NCBI GenBank assembly: GCA_965215145.1
Contig: OZ244038.1
Coordinates: 956,579 to 1,020,578, forward strand
DNA from: Rhodothermales bacterium
GTDB taxonomy: Bacteria; Bacteroidota; Rhodothermia; Rhodothermales; JANQRZ01
Direction: 5' to 3'
DNA: 64,000 bases
A model generated the notes under the pieces. It was given only the letters and a program-made list of their open reading frames with translations, made no database searches and was not told where the DNA came from. The position numbers were made by a program, and so were the translations under genes. Positions 25,454 through 33,718 of the stretch are shown piece by piece. Position 1 is the stretch's first letter; each line of letters starts with the position of its first letter.

Positions 25454-25915
25454 GGCCGTGTGAGACAATCCATGCTTGATCCAGTCCACCGCCGCCGCCA
25501 CGTGGAGCGCGCCGAGGTAGCTCTCGGCCGTCTTCTCGTAGCGCGTCGCCACCGCCCGCCACTCCTTGAGTCGGCCCCACAGTTGCTCTACCCGGTGCCG
25601 CTCGCGGTAGGCCCCCCGGTCGTAGGCCGCTCGGTCGTAGGCCGCTCGGTCGTAGGCCACGGCCGGGTGCGTCCGGTTGGCCGCGACGACGGGCTCGGCT
25701 CCGGCGATCCGGATCCCCGCCCGCCACGAGGCCGACGAGTACCCCCGGTCGCAGACGACCCGGCCCACGCGGCCGAGCCCGACCACGGCGACCAGGAGCG
25801 CGTCGGCCACGCGGAGCTCCGAGCGGTGCCCCGGCAGCAGCCGGAACGCGAGCGCCCGGCCCCGGCGGTCACAGGCGACGACGGCCTTCGTGCCGAAGCC
25901 GCCCCGGCTGCGCCC
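25454..25915 (-). CDS. IS transposase OrfB (DDE domain part), with no stop codon inside the IS
   Basis: GRSRGGFGTKAVVACDRRGRALAFRLLPGHRSE...VVCDRGYSS...YRERHRVEQLWGRLKEWRAVATRYEKTAESYLGALHVAAAVDWI is the typical IS5/IS427 C-terminal half. The frame runs through the IS end into the flanking ORF. Confidence 0.75.
25607..25664. repeat. 15-bp tandem repeat (GTAGGCCGCTCGGTC, about 3.9 copies) inside transposase OrfB
   Basis: Units start at 25607, 25622 and 25637, with a partial unit at 25652. They encode AYDRA-AYDRA-AYDRG in frame. Confidence 0.9.
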
Positions 25916-26143
25916 GAGCGCTACGTCTCGGAGCGCTACGTCTCGGAGCGCTACGTCTCGGAGCGCTACGTCTCGGAGCGCTACGTCTCGGAGCGCTACG
26001 TCTCGGAGCGCTACGTCTCGGAGCGCTACGTCTCGGAGCGCTACGTCTCGGAGCGCTACGTCTCGGAGCGCTACGTCTCGGAGCGCTACGTCTCGGAGCG
26101 CTACGTCTCGGAGCGCTACGTCTCGGAGCGCTACGTCTCGGAG
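25916..26143. repeat. 15-bp tandem repeat GAGCGCTACGTCTCG x15, plus a 3-nt partial unit
   Basis: There are fifteen perfect contiguous units in 25916..26140. Read on the minus strand they give (RDVAL)15 in the OrfB frame and contain the OrfA TAG stop in the OrfA frame. Confidence 0.97.
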
Positions 26144-26505
26144 GGGGCCGTAGCGTCGGGAGCCCCCTTCTTCGCCCCCGCCGCCTTGGGGTGGGCGCGC
26201 ACGACGGTCCCGTCGAGCATGACCGCGGCGAGGTCGGCGTGCCCGGTGTCGCGGAGGTGCTCGAAGGCCCGCTCCCAGACGCCCGAACGGGACCAGCGCT
26301 TGTGGAGTTGGGCGGCGCGCCACCAGGGCCCGAACTCGGCGGGGACGGCGCGCCAGGGTGGGCCGTTCTTGAGGCGCCAGACGACGCCCTCGACGGTGGC
26401 GCGCTCGTCGCGGACGGGGCGGCCTCGACCGGAGCGGGCGTGGTCGAGGGCGGCTTTGAGGGCGGCTTTGAGGGCGGCCCACTCGGGGTCAGTCAGCAAG
26501 GGCAT
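26131..26505 (-). CDS. IS transposase OrfA (DUF4096-like N-terminal HTH part)
   Basis: MPLLTDPEWAAL...RGRPVRDERATVEGVVWRLKNGPPWRAVPAEFGPWWRAAQLHKRWSRSGVWERAF...LDGTVVRAHPKAAGAKKG is the typical IS5/IS427 N-terminal half. Confidence 0.75.
   Translation of the reverse strand: MPLLTDPEWAALKAALKAALDHARSGRGRPVRDERATVEGVVWRLKNGPPWRAVPAEFGPWWRAAQLHKRWSRSGVWERAFEHLRDTGHADLAAVMLDGTVVRAHPKAAGAKKGAPDATAPSET
26446..26478. repeat. 12-bp tandem repeat (GAGGGCGGCTTT, about 2.75 copies) inside transposase OrfA
   Basis: Units lie at 26446..26457 and 26458..26469, with a partial unit to 26478. They encode AALKAALKAAL in frame. Confidence 0.85.
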
Positions 26506-26614
26506 GGCGTCCGTGGCGAGAGCCGGGTCAACGTCACGCCGAACCGATTTGTCTCACACGGCCTAGCGCCGCCAAGCCAAGATCGGGTGACCGAGAGTAG
26601 GGCAGGCACAAAGA

Positions 26615-26649
26615 GAGGGGGCCGGCGGGACAAGTCCGCCGACCCCCTC
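26615..26649 (-). terminator. Rho-independent-type terminator of the 26688 gene
   Basis: gagggggccggcggGAC-aa-GTCcgccgaccccctc. On the minus strand it is followed by CTCTTTGTG. Confidence 0.6.
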
Positions 26650-26687
26650 GGGCGACCGCCTGTAAAGGCGGCCTCAGCGCAGGGCCG

Positions 26688-28331
26688 CTACTTCACCAGC
26701 GAGAGCTGCCCCGTCTGCACCGCGCCGCCGACCCGGAGCCGGTAGAGGTACGTCCCGGTGGGCAGGCCCGCCGCGTCGAAGGCGGCGCTGTGGCTGCCGG
26801 CGTCGAGCTCGGCGTCGACGAGGACGGCGACCTCGCGGCCGAGCACGTCGTAGACGGCGAGGCGCACGTCGGCCGTGGCGTCGAGGGCGAAGGCGATCTG
26901 GGCCGAGCCCGCGAACGGGTTGGGGTAGACGCCGACGGCGTCCGTCGGAGCGTTCGTGACGGTGGTACCGGTGGCCTCCCACGGGCTCACGTCCGTCACG
27001 GCCCACACGAGGCCCTGGAAGGACTCGCGCCAGCGGTCGTACTCGAGCTCCGAAGCGGGATCGGTGAGGGCGACCCCGGCCTGAAGCACGGCCAACGCCG
27101 GGCGCGAACCGGTGACGACGACCGCGAAGCACTCCTGGTCCACCGACGACATCGCGCTGAAGCTGCCGATCTCGAGGCAGTACGTGTAGGTCCCCGCCGG
27201 CGCGCCGGCCGGCACCTGCTGCGTGAAGCTCGCGCCGATAGAATCGCCATCGTCGAGGCAGCCACCTCGGATTCGTCCCGAGGCCACCTGTCCCCCCTGG
27301 TCTGTATCTGCCGTGAAGTAGAGGTCGCCACAGACCTGCGCGCCGGACGTGTTCGTGACCGAGTAGTCGAAGCCGATCGAGCCGCCGGGGGCGACCGTCA
27401 GCGGGCTCGTCGCTGTGGCCGTCAGGTCAACGTCCGGAGTGGAAACGGCGTTGAGGTCTTCCACGAACCCGGTGAACACGCCGAAGTCGTCGTTGCCGTT
27501 GCCGGTGACGACGATGACGTACGTGGTGCCGGCCATGAGCATCACGCTCTCGATCCGCGAGCCGGTCTCGTCCGAGCCGGGGTAGTCGTCGTCGGAGGCG
27601 AGGAGGTTGAGGCAGGGCTCACTGGGGTCGAACGAGTCCTCGTAGAGGAAGAGGTACCCGTCGAAGTCGAAGTCGTAGTCGGCCTGGACGGCATACTCGC
27701 TGTCGCGGGGGGGCATGAACGTGAACGTCTCGTAGCGGACGGCCGTGGCGATGACCGAGGGGGAGCACGAGGTGCTCGAGACGAAGGCGCGCCGGAAGGT
27801 CGGGTCATCGGTGGTGTCCCCACCGAACGTAAAGACGGTCTGCGGGAGGTCCCCCGTCCGGGTCACGGTGCCGTTGTAGGCGACGTACTCGTCGTTGCGA
27901 TAGGAGCTCACGACGATGATGTAGTCCGTCCCCGCTCGGAACCGGAGATCAAAGAGCTCGCCGGGGCTGGACGTGGCGATGTCGTCTCCGATCAGGTTCT
28001 TACAAGGATCGTTGGGGTCGAACGACCCCTCGTAGACGTAGAGGTAGCCGTCGTCGCTGGTCCCCGGGGGGACGGGCGAGAACGCCACGAAGATGTTGTA
28101 GAAGCCGTCCTGCGAGGGCGTGAAGGTGTAGGCGTCGTAGGCGACGTTCGTACCGAAGCTGGAGGGGTTGCACGACCCCCCGAACACGAAGGCCCGGGCG
28201 AAGGTGGGGTCGGTGGGGTCGGTGGCGCCGCTGAAGGAGAACACGACCTGGGCAGAGGACGGGCTCGCACCGAGGGCCGAGACCATGGTGAGGAGCAGGA
28301 CGCTCTGCAGGAGGGGTAGGCGATATCGCAT
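26688..28331 (-). CDS. Secreted protein with duplicated N-terminal modules and a T9SS C-terminal sorting domain (paralog 1)
   Basis: Signal peptide MRYRLPLLQSVLLLTMVSALGASPSSAQ. Two internal repeats (VFSFSGATDPTDPTF..., VFTFGGDTTDDPTF...). The C-terminus reads GVYPNPFAGSAQIAFALDATADVRLAVYDVLGREVAVLVD...GTYLYRLRVGGAVQTGQLSLVK (Por/T9SS CTD pattern). Confidence 0.85.
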   Translation of the reverse strand: MRYRLPLLQSVLLLTMVSALGASPSSAQVVFSFSGATDPTDPTFARAFVFGGSCNPSSFGTNVAYDAYTFTPSQDGFYNIFVAFSPVPPGTSDDGYLYVYEGSFDPNDPCKNLIGDDIATSSPGELFDLRFRAGTDYIIVVSSYRNDEYVAYNGTVTRTGDLPQTVFTFGGDTTDDPTFRRAFVSSTSCSPSVIATAVRYETFTFMPPRDSEYAVQADYDFDFDGYLFLYEDSFDPSEPCLNLLASDDDYPGSDETGSRIESVMLMAGTTYVIVVTGNGNDDFGVFTGFVEDLNAVSTPDVDLTATATSPLTVAPGGSIGFDYSVTNTSGAQVCGDLYFTADTDQGGQVASGRIRGGCLDDGDSIGASFTQQVPAGAPAGTYTYCLEIGSFSAMSSVDQECFAVVVTGSRPALAVLQAGVALTDPASELEYDRWRESFQGLVWAVTDVSPWEATGTTVTNAPTDAVGVYPNPFAGSAQIAFALDATADVRLAVYDVLGREVAVLVDAELDAGSHSAAFDAAGLPTGTYLYRLRVGGAVQTGQLSLVK

Positions 28332-28482
28332 GGGAGGGGGGGGAGACAAAGGGGAACGCCGCAGTGGGGGCATCCCGGGCTAGGGGGATACGGCGTCAGG
28401 ACAGGTACAAGGTGCGACGGGCGCAGGTCTTTGTCAAGGGGGCGTGAAGAAAAAGGTTGGCGGCGGCCCCACCGGAAAAAGC

Positions 28483-28517
28483 GAGGGGGCCGGTGGAACA
28501 AGTCCACCGGCCCCCTC
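28483..28517 (-). terminator. Rho-independent terminator of the 28556 gene
   Basis: Perfect 15-bp stem gagggggccggtgga-acaag-tccaccggccccctc. On the minus strand it is followed by GCTTTTTCC. Confidence 0.7.
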
Positions 28518-28555
28518 GGGCGACCGCCCTTTCGAGCGGTCTCAGCGCAGGGCTG

Positions 28556-30199
28556 CTACTTCACCAGCGAGAGCTGGCCGGTCTGCACCTCGCCACCGAC
28601 CTGGAGCCGGTAGAGGTACGTCCCTGCCGACAGGCCCGCCGCGTCGAAGGCGACGCTGTGGCTGCCAGCGTCCATCTCCGCGTCAACGAGCACGGCGACC
28701 TGGCGGCCGAGCACGTCGTAGACGGCGAGGCTCACGTCAGCGGCCGTGTCGAGCGCGAACGCGATCTGCGTCCGGGCAGCGAACGGGTTCGGGTAGACGC
28801 CGATGGCCTCGGCCGGGACATCGCTCGTGATGCCGCCGACGACCTGCCACGCGCTCGCGTCCGTCACGGTCCAGTTGAGGCCAGCGAACTGCGCCTCGTA
28901 GGCCTCGCTGATCTGACCCTCACGGGCCTTCTCATCGAGCGCCGGCGTCGCAGCGGCGAGCGCCGGGCGCGTGCCGGTGATCACGAGTGTGAAGCACTCC
29001 GAGTCGACGGCGTTCATCGAGCCGAAGTTGCCGACCCGCAGGCAGTAATCGTAGGTGCCCGCCGGGGCGCCGGCCGGGATCCGCTGCCTGTACATCCCCA
29101 TGATGGTCTGCCCATCCGGGAGCGTGCCCGAGCGGATTAGGCCCGAGGCGACCTGGTTGCCGCCGTCGTTGTCGGCGGTGAAGTAGAGGTCGCCGGTGGC
29201 GTCGGAGCCGCTGTTGTTCGAGATCGTGTAGTCGAACGAGACGGAGCCACCGGGGGCCACCGTGAGCGACGAGGTCGCCGTCGCCATCAGGTCGATGTCG
29301 TCGCCGACGACCGGGGGCATGTTGTCCTGGACGAAGCCGGTGTACGGGCCGAAGTCGTCGTTGCTGAAGCCGCTCACGACGATGGTGTAGGTCGTGCCGC
29401 CCATCAGCATCACGTCCTCGATCCGCGAGCCGGCGCCGACGGAGCCGTCGTCGTCGTCGAGCGCGATCAGGTCCACGCACGGCATGGTCGGGTCGAACGT
29501 GCCCTCGTAGAGGAAGACGTACTCGTCGTAGTCCGGGGTGTCGTTGATGACGATGTCGTACTCGCTGTCGCGGTCGGGCGTGAACGTCGTCGTCTCATAC
29601 GGGACGGCGGTGCCTGCGCCCGAGAGCAAGCACGAGCCGGCCGTGCCATCACCCACGGTGAACGGGCGGTTGAACGTGGGGTCGCCCGTGGTGTCGCCGC
29701 CGAAGTTGAAGACGATGACCGGGTCGACCTCCTGGGTCACGACGCCGCTGTAGGTGACGAACTCGCCGGTGCGGTAGGAGCTCACCACGATGATGTAGTC
29801 GGTGCCGCCCATGAGCGAGAGCTCCTCGAGCTCCGAGACCCCGCTGAGCCCGCTGTCGAGGTCGATGAGGTTGGCGCAGGCGTCGTTCGGGTCGAACGAG
29901 CCGCCGTAGATGAAGGCGTACCCATCCTCATCGGCCCCGAACGTCACGGTGACGTTGTAGGTGCCGTCCTCGGTAGGCGTGAAGGTGTACGTGTCGAAGG
30001 CGACGTCGCTGCCGATGGAGGAGAGCGAGCAGGAGCCGCTCGTGCCGTCCCCGGCGGTGAAGGGCCGCTGGAAGGTGGGGTCGGTGGGCTCGGTGGCCCC
30101 GCTGAAGGAGAAGACCTGCGCCGCCGCTGGGGCCGCCGCGAAGGCGAAGGCGATGGCGAGGAGCGCAAGGCCCCTCAGGGATTGTAGGTGGTACAACAT
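28556..30199 (-). CDS. Secreted protein with a T9SS C-terminal sorting domain (paralog 2 of the 26688 gene)
   Basis: Signal peptide MLYHLQSLRGLALLAIAFAFAAAPAAAQ. The architecture matches paralog 1 (VFSFSGATEPTDPTF..., VFNFGGDTTGDPTF...). The C-terminus reads GVYPNPFAARTQIAFALDTAADVSLAVYDVLGRQVAVLVD...YLYRLQVGGEVQTGQLSLVK. Confidence 0.85.
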   Translation of the reverse strand: MLYHLQSLRGLALLAIAFAFAAAPAAAQVFSFSGATEPTDPTFQRPFTAGDGTSGSCSLSSIGSDVAFDTYTFTPTEDGTYNVTVTFGADEDGYAFIYGGSFDPNDACANLIDLDSGLSGVSELEELSLMGGTDYIIVVSSYRTGEFVTYSGVVTQEVDPVIVFNFGGDTTGDPTFNRPFTVGDGTAGSCLLSGAGTAVPYETTTFTPDRDSEYDIVINDTPDYDEYVFLYEGTFDPTMPCVDLIALDDDDGSVGAGSRIEDVMLMGGTTYTIVVSGFSNDDFGPYTGFVQDNMPPVVGDDIDLMATATSSLTVAPGGSVSFDYTISNNSGSDATGDLYFTADNDGGNQVASGLIRSGTLPDGQTIMGMYRQRIPAGAPAGTYDYCLRVGNFGSMNAVDSECFTLVITGTRPALAAATPALDEKAREGQISEAYEAQFAGLNWTVTDASAWQVVGGITSDVPAEAIGVYPNPFAARTQIAFALDTAADVSLAVYDVLGRQVAVLVDAEMDAGSHSVAFDAAGLSAGTYLYRLQVGGEVQTGQLSLVK

Positions 30200-30464
30200 G
30201 GATGTAGGGGAGTGGAGGTGAAGGAGATGCGGGACGGAAGAACCGAGGCCCGCTGAGATGTGGTGGGGGTGCTGACCTGCGCCGTGCTCTTCAAGCCGGA
30301 CACGGCGTGCAACCTGTATAATGTGGAGGCGGCTAATGAGAAATGCAATAGCCGGATAAAGAAAAGATGCAGCGCTTCGACCCGATCTCCATGCGCCTCT
30401 GACTCGCTGCACCGTAGCCTTAGACTCATCGTGGTAAACGGCTGACGCCTGGATGCGTCAACGC

Positions 30465-33400
30465 CTACGCCACCGCCTCTGGCTCCTCCTCATCCTCCCC
30501 CACCTCGTCCTCCTCCGCCTCGCCCTCCTCGCCCGTGAGCGCGTCGAGGTCCACGGACGAGGGGCACGCGCCGACCGTCTCCTCGGCGCTGCCGCGCTCC
30601 AGCTCCTCCCGGACGAACGGCGCCGTCGCGGTGTCGGCCGCGGCCAGCTCCTCCGGCGTCCCGGTGAACACGATCTCGCCGCCCGCGTCGCCGCCGCCGG
30701 GGCCGAGGTCCACGACGTAGTCGGCCACCTTGACCACGTCGGTGTTGTGCTCGATCACGAGGACCGTGTTCCCCTTCTCGACGAGGGCCTGGAGCACGTG
30801 CAGCAGGTGGCGGATGTCCTCGAAGTGGAGGCCCGTCGTGGGCTCGTCGAGGATGTAGAGCGTGGAGCCGGTGCCGGGCCGCGAGAGCTCCTTCGAGAGC
30901 TTGACCCGCTGCGCCTCGCCGCCGGAGAGGGTCGTGGCCTGCTGCCCAAGGCGGATGTAGCCGAGCCCGACGGCGTCGAGCGTGCGGAGCTTCCGCGCGA
31001 TCCGCGGGACGGCCTCGAAGAACGCCAGTGCCTCCGAGACCGGCATCTCCAGCACCTCGGCGATGGTCCGCCCCTTGTAGCGGACCTCCAGCGTCTCGGC
31101 GTTGTAGCGCCGCCCCTTGCACGTCTCGCAGGCGACGTACACGTCCGGGAGGAAGTTCATCTCCAGCTTCACGATGCCCGCGCCCTTGCACGCCTCGCAC
31201 CGCCCGCCCTTCGTGTTGAAAGAAAAACGGCCGGGCTTGTAGCCGCGGATCTGGGCCTCGGGCGTCCGCGCGAACAGCTCGCGGATGAGCGTGAACAGGC
31301 CGGTGTACGTCGCGGGGTTCGAGCGGGGCGTCCGCCCGATGGGGCTCTGGTCGATGGCGATCACCTTGTCGACGTGCTCCAGCCCCTCGACGTCGCGGTG
31401 GGGGAGCGGGACGCTCTGCGCGTTGTGGAAGTGCGCGGCCAGCAGCGGGTGGAGCGTCTGGTTGATGAGGCTCGACTTCCCGGAGCCCGAGACGCCGGTG
31501 ACGGCCGTGAGCGTCCCGAGCGGGAGCTCGAGGGTCACGTCGCGGAGGTTGTGCCCCCGCGCGCCGATCAGCCGGAGCGTGTGCCCGTTGCCCGCCCTCC
31601 GCTCGGCGGGGACCGGGATGCGGCGCTCGCCGGTGAGGTAGGCCACCGTGAGGCTGTCCGTAGGGGCGTGATTAATCACGCCCCTACCCGCCACGATCTC
31701 CTCCGGCGTGCCCGCGCCTAACACGTGGCCGCCGTACTCCCCCGCGCCCGGGCCGAGGTCCACCACGTAGTCCGCCGCCTCGATCATCTCCCGGTCGTGC
31801 TCGACGACGAGGACCGAGTTGCCGAGGTCGCGGAGCGCGTCGAGGCTGTCGATGAGCTTGCCGTTGTCGCGGGGGTGGAGGCCGATGCTCGGCTCGTCGA
31901 GGACGTACAGGACGCCGGTGAGCTGGGTCCCGATCTGGGTGGCGAGGCGGATCCGCTGGCTCTCGCCGCCGGAGAGCGTCCGCGCCGAGCGGTCGAGGGT
32001 GAGGTAGTCGAGGCCGACGTTGAGGAGGAAGTCGAGGCGCTCGGTGATCTCCTTCACGATGGGCTCGCCGATCACGGCCTGCCGGCCTTCGAGCTCGAGA
32101 TCCGCGAACCACCGGCGGAGCGTGCGGAGGTCCATCCCGACGAGGTCGGCGATGCGCTGGTCGCCGTCGTAGGTGCCGGTGTTGCCGACGCGGTAGCTCA
32201 GGCTCTCCGGCTTGAGGCGCCCGCCGCCGCACGTCCGGCACGCGCGGACCCGCATGAACGCCTCGGCCCACTTCCGCTGGACCGACGAGTTGGTGTTCTC
32301 GTAGGTGTGCCAGACGTGCTGGTAGACGCCGCCGAACCGGTGCTGGTACTTCACCTCCCGCCCCTTGTACTTGTAGACGATGTCGAACTGCTCGTCGCCG
32401 GCGCCGTCGAGGAGCACCTCCCGCTGCCGCTCCGTCAGCTTCTCGACCGGCGTGTCGAAGTCGAACCCGTATCGGTCGGCGACGGCGCGGAGCTGGGAGA
32501 AGACCCACACGTCGCGCGGCCTCCCGAGCGGGACGACGCCGCCCTGGGCGATGGTCTTCGACGGCTCGGGCACGACGAGGTCCGGGTCGATCTCCTTTTT
32601 GACGCCGAGGCCGTTGCAGGCCGGGCACGCGCCGTAGGGGCTGTTGAACGAGAACGTGTTCGGGGAGGGGTCGTCGTAGCTCAGCCCGCCGGCGGGGTCG
32701 GTGAGGTGGCGGCTCATGAGGTGGTCCCCCACCAGATCATCACCGTCGGGAGCCGACAGCACCTGCGCGATCAGCGTGCCCCCGCCCATCCCGAGGGCCA
32801 GCTCGGCGGCGCGGGCGATCCGGGGGCGGACGCCCTCCTTCACCACGAGCCGGTCCACCACCACCTCGATGTCGTGGACGCGGTAGCGGTCGACCTTCAT
32901 CCCCTTCGTGATCTCGCGGAGCTCGCCGTCGACGCGGACGCGCTCGAAGCCCTGCTTGGCGAGCTGCTCGAAGAGGTCGCGGTAGTGGCCCTTCCGGCCG
33001 CGCACCACCGGCGCGAGCACGATCACCCGCGTCCCCTCGGGGAAGGCGAGGACGGTGTCGATGATCTCGTCGTCACTCTGCCGCCGCATCGGCCGGCCGG
33101 ACTTGTACGAGTAGGCGTCGGCGGCGCGGGCGTAGAGGAGCCGGAGGAAGTCGTAGATCTCCGTCACCGTCCCGACCGTGCTCCGGGGGTTCCGGGAGAC
33201 CGTCTTCTGCTCGATGGCGATGACGGGGGAGAGCCCGTCGATGAAGTCCACGTCCGGCCGCTCCATCACCCCGAGGAACTGGCGGGCGTAGGCGGAGAGC
33301 GACTCCATGTAGCGCCGCTGCCCCTCGGCGTAGATGGTGTCGAAGGCGAGGCTCGACTTGCCGCTGCCGGAGAGCCCGGTGATGACGACGAGGCGGTTGC

Positions 33401-33470
33401 GGGGGATGTCGAGGTCGACGTCCTGGAGGTTGTGCTCGCGGGCGCCGCGGATGAGGATCCGGTCGTCCAT
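30465..33470 (-). CDS. uvrA: Excinuclease ABC subunit A
   Basis: MDDRILIRGAREHNLQDVDLDIPRNRLVVITGLSGSGKSSLAFDTIYAEGQRRYMESLSAYARQFLG is followed by the second ATPase module (VTGVSGSGKSSLINQTL...LYILDEPTTGLH). An acidic C-terminal tail is present. Confidence 0.97.
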   Translation of the reverse strand: MDDRILIRGAREHNLQDVDLDIPRNRLVVITGLSGSGKSSLAFDTIYAEGQRRYMESLSAYARQFLGVMERPDVDFIDGLSPVIAIEQKTVSRNPRSTVGTVTEIYDFLRLLYARAADAYSYKSGRPMRRQSDDEIIDTVLAFPEGTRVIVLAPVVRGRKGHYRDLFEQLAKQGFERVRVDGELREITKGMKVDRYRVHDIEVVVDRLVVKEGVRPRIARAAELALGMGGGTLIAQVLSAPDGDDLVGDHLMSRHLTDPAGGLSYDDPSPNTFSFNSPYGACPACNGLGVKKEIDPDLVVPEPSKTIAQGGVVPLGRPRDVWVFSQLRAVADRYGFDFDTPVEKLTERQREVLLDGAGDEQFDIVYKYKGREVKYQHRFGGVYQHVWHTYENTNSSVQRKWAEAFMRVRACRTCGGGRLKPESLSYRVGNTGTYDGDQRIADLVGMDLRTLRRWFADLELEGRQAVIGEPIVKEITERLDFLLNVGLDYLTLDRSARTLSGGESQRIRLATQIGTQLTGVLYVLDEPSIGLHPRDNGKLIDSLDALRDLGNSVLVVEHDREMIEAADYVVDLGPGAGEYGGHVLGAGTPEEIVAGRGVINHAPTDSLTVAYLTGERRIPVPAERRAGNGHTLRLIGARGHNLRDVTLELPLGTLTAVTGVSGSGKSSLINQTLHPLLAAHFHNAQSVPLPHRDVEGLEHVDKVIAIDQSPIGRTPRSNPATYTGLFTLIRELFARTPEAQIRGYKPGRFSFNTKGGRCEACKGAGIVKLEMNFLPDVYVACETCKGRRYNAETLEVRYKGRTIAEVLEMPVSEALAFFEAVPRIARKLRTLDAVGLGYIRLGQQATTLSGGEAQRVKLSKELSRPGTGSTLYILDEPTTGLHFEDIRHLLHVLQALVEKGNTVLVIEHNTDVVKVADYVVDLGPGGGDAGGEIVFTGTPEELAAADTATAPFVREELERGSAEETVGACPSSVDLDALTGEEGEAEEDEVGEDEEEPEAVA
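31660..31687. repeat. 28-bp perfect palindrome GTAGGGGCGTGATTAATCACGCCCCTAC inside the uvrA coding sequence
   Basis: Seen directly. It is translated as G-R-G-V-I-N-H-A-P-T in the uvrA frame. The AT-rich centre is conspicuous in a gene of about 70% GC. Confidence 0.95.
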
Positions 33471-33659
33471 CGGTCGGGGCCGGGGGGTGGGCGGGGGCTA
33501 TCCAGGCTCCAACAGGAGGCGGGCCGCCCCGTTCCGTCGGAGAGCGATCCGCGTGGTGAAGCACCGGGCAGGTTCCAGCCTCCGGCTGACGACGCCGTGT
33601 CAGCGCACGGCGGGGGCCGACGTGGGGGTCTGGCGCCTCCGACGCAGCGCCATAACGAC

Positions 33660-33695
33660 GGCGGGGCCGCCCGACTCATGCCGGACGGCCCCGCC
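33660..33695 (-). terminator. Stem-loop downstream of the giant beta-helix gene
   Basis: ggcggggccgcccg-actcatg-ccggacggccccgcc lies 24 nt past the stop at 33719. Confidence 0.5.
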
Positions 33696-33718
33696 GCGCT
33701 AGAAACCACGCCGAGGCG

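Larger units (their letters stand above)
25454..26563 (-). mobile_element. IS5-family (IS427-group-like) insertion sequence, 1110 bp, with internal tandem expansions
   Basis: The terminal inverted repeats GGCCGTGTGAGACAA are perfect 15-mers (25454..25468 and the reverse complement of 26549..26563). TA flanks both ends (25452..25453 and 26564..26565). The element has two-frame transposase organisation. Confidence 0.85.

Noticed and set aside
24566-26482. 638-aa ORF treated as one protein
   Set aside because: It is a chimera. An off-frame read through IS OrfA, then the (RDVAL)15 repeat, then transposase OrfB, then readthrough across the IS terminal repeat into a host gene fragment.
24509-26566. 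685-aa plus-strand ORF containing (SERYV)n
   Set aside because: It is the opposite-strand reading of the IS and its 15-bp repeat, with no coding features. The transposase motifs are on the minus strand.
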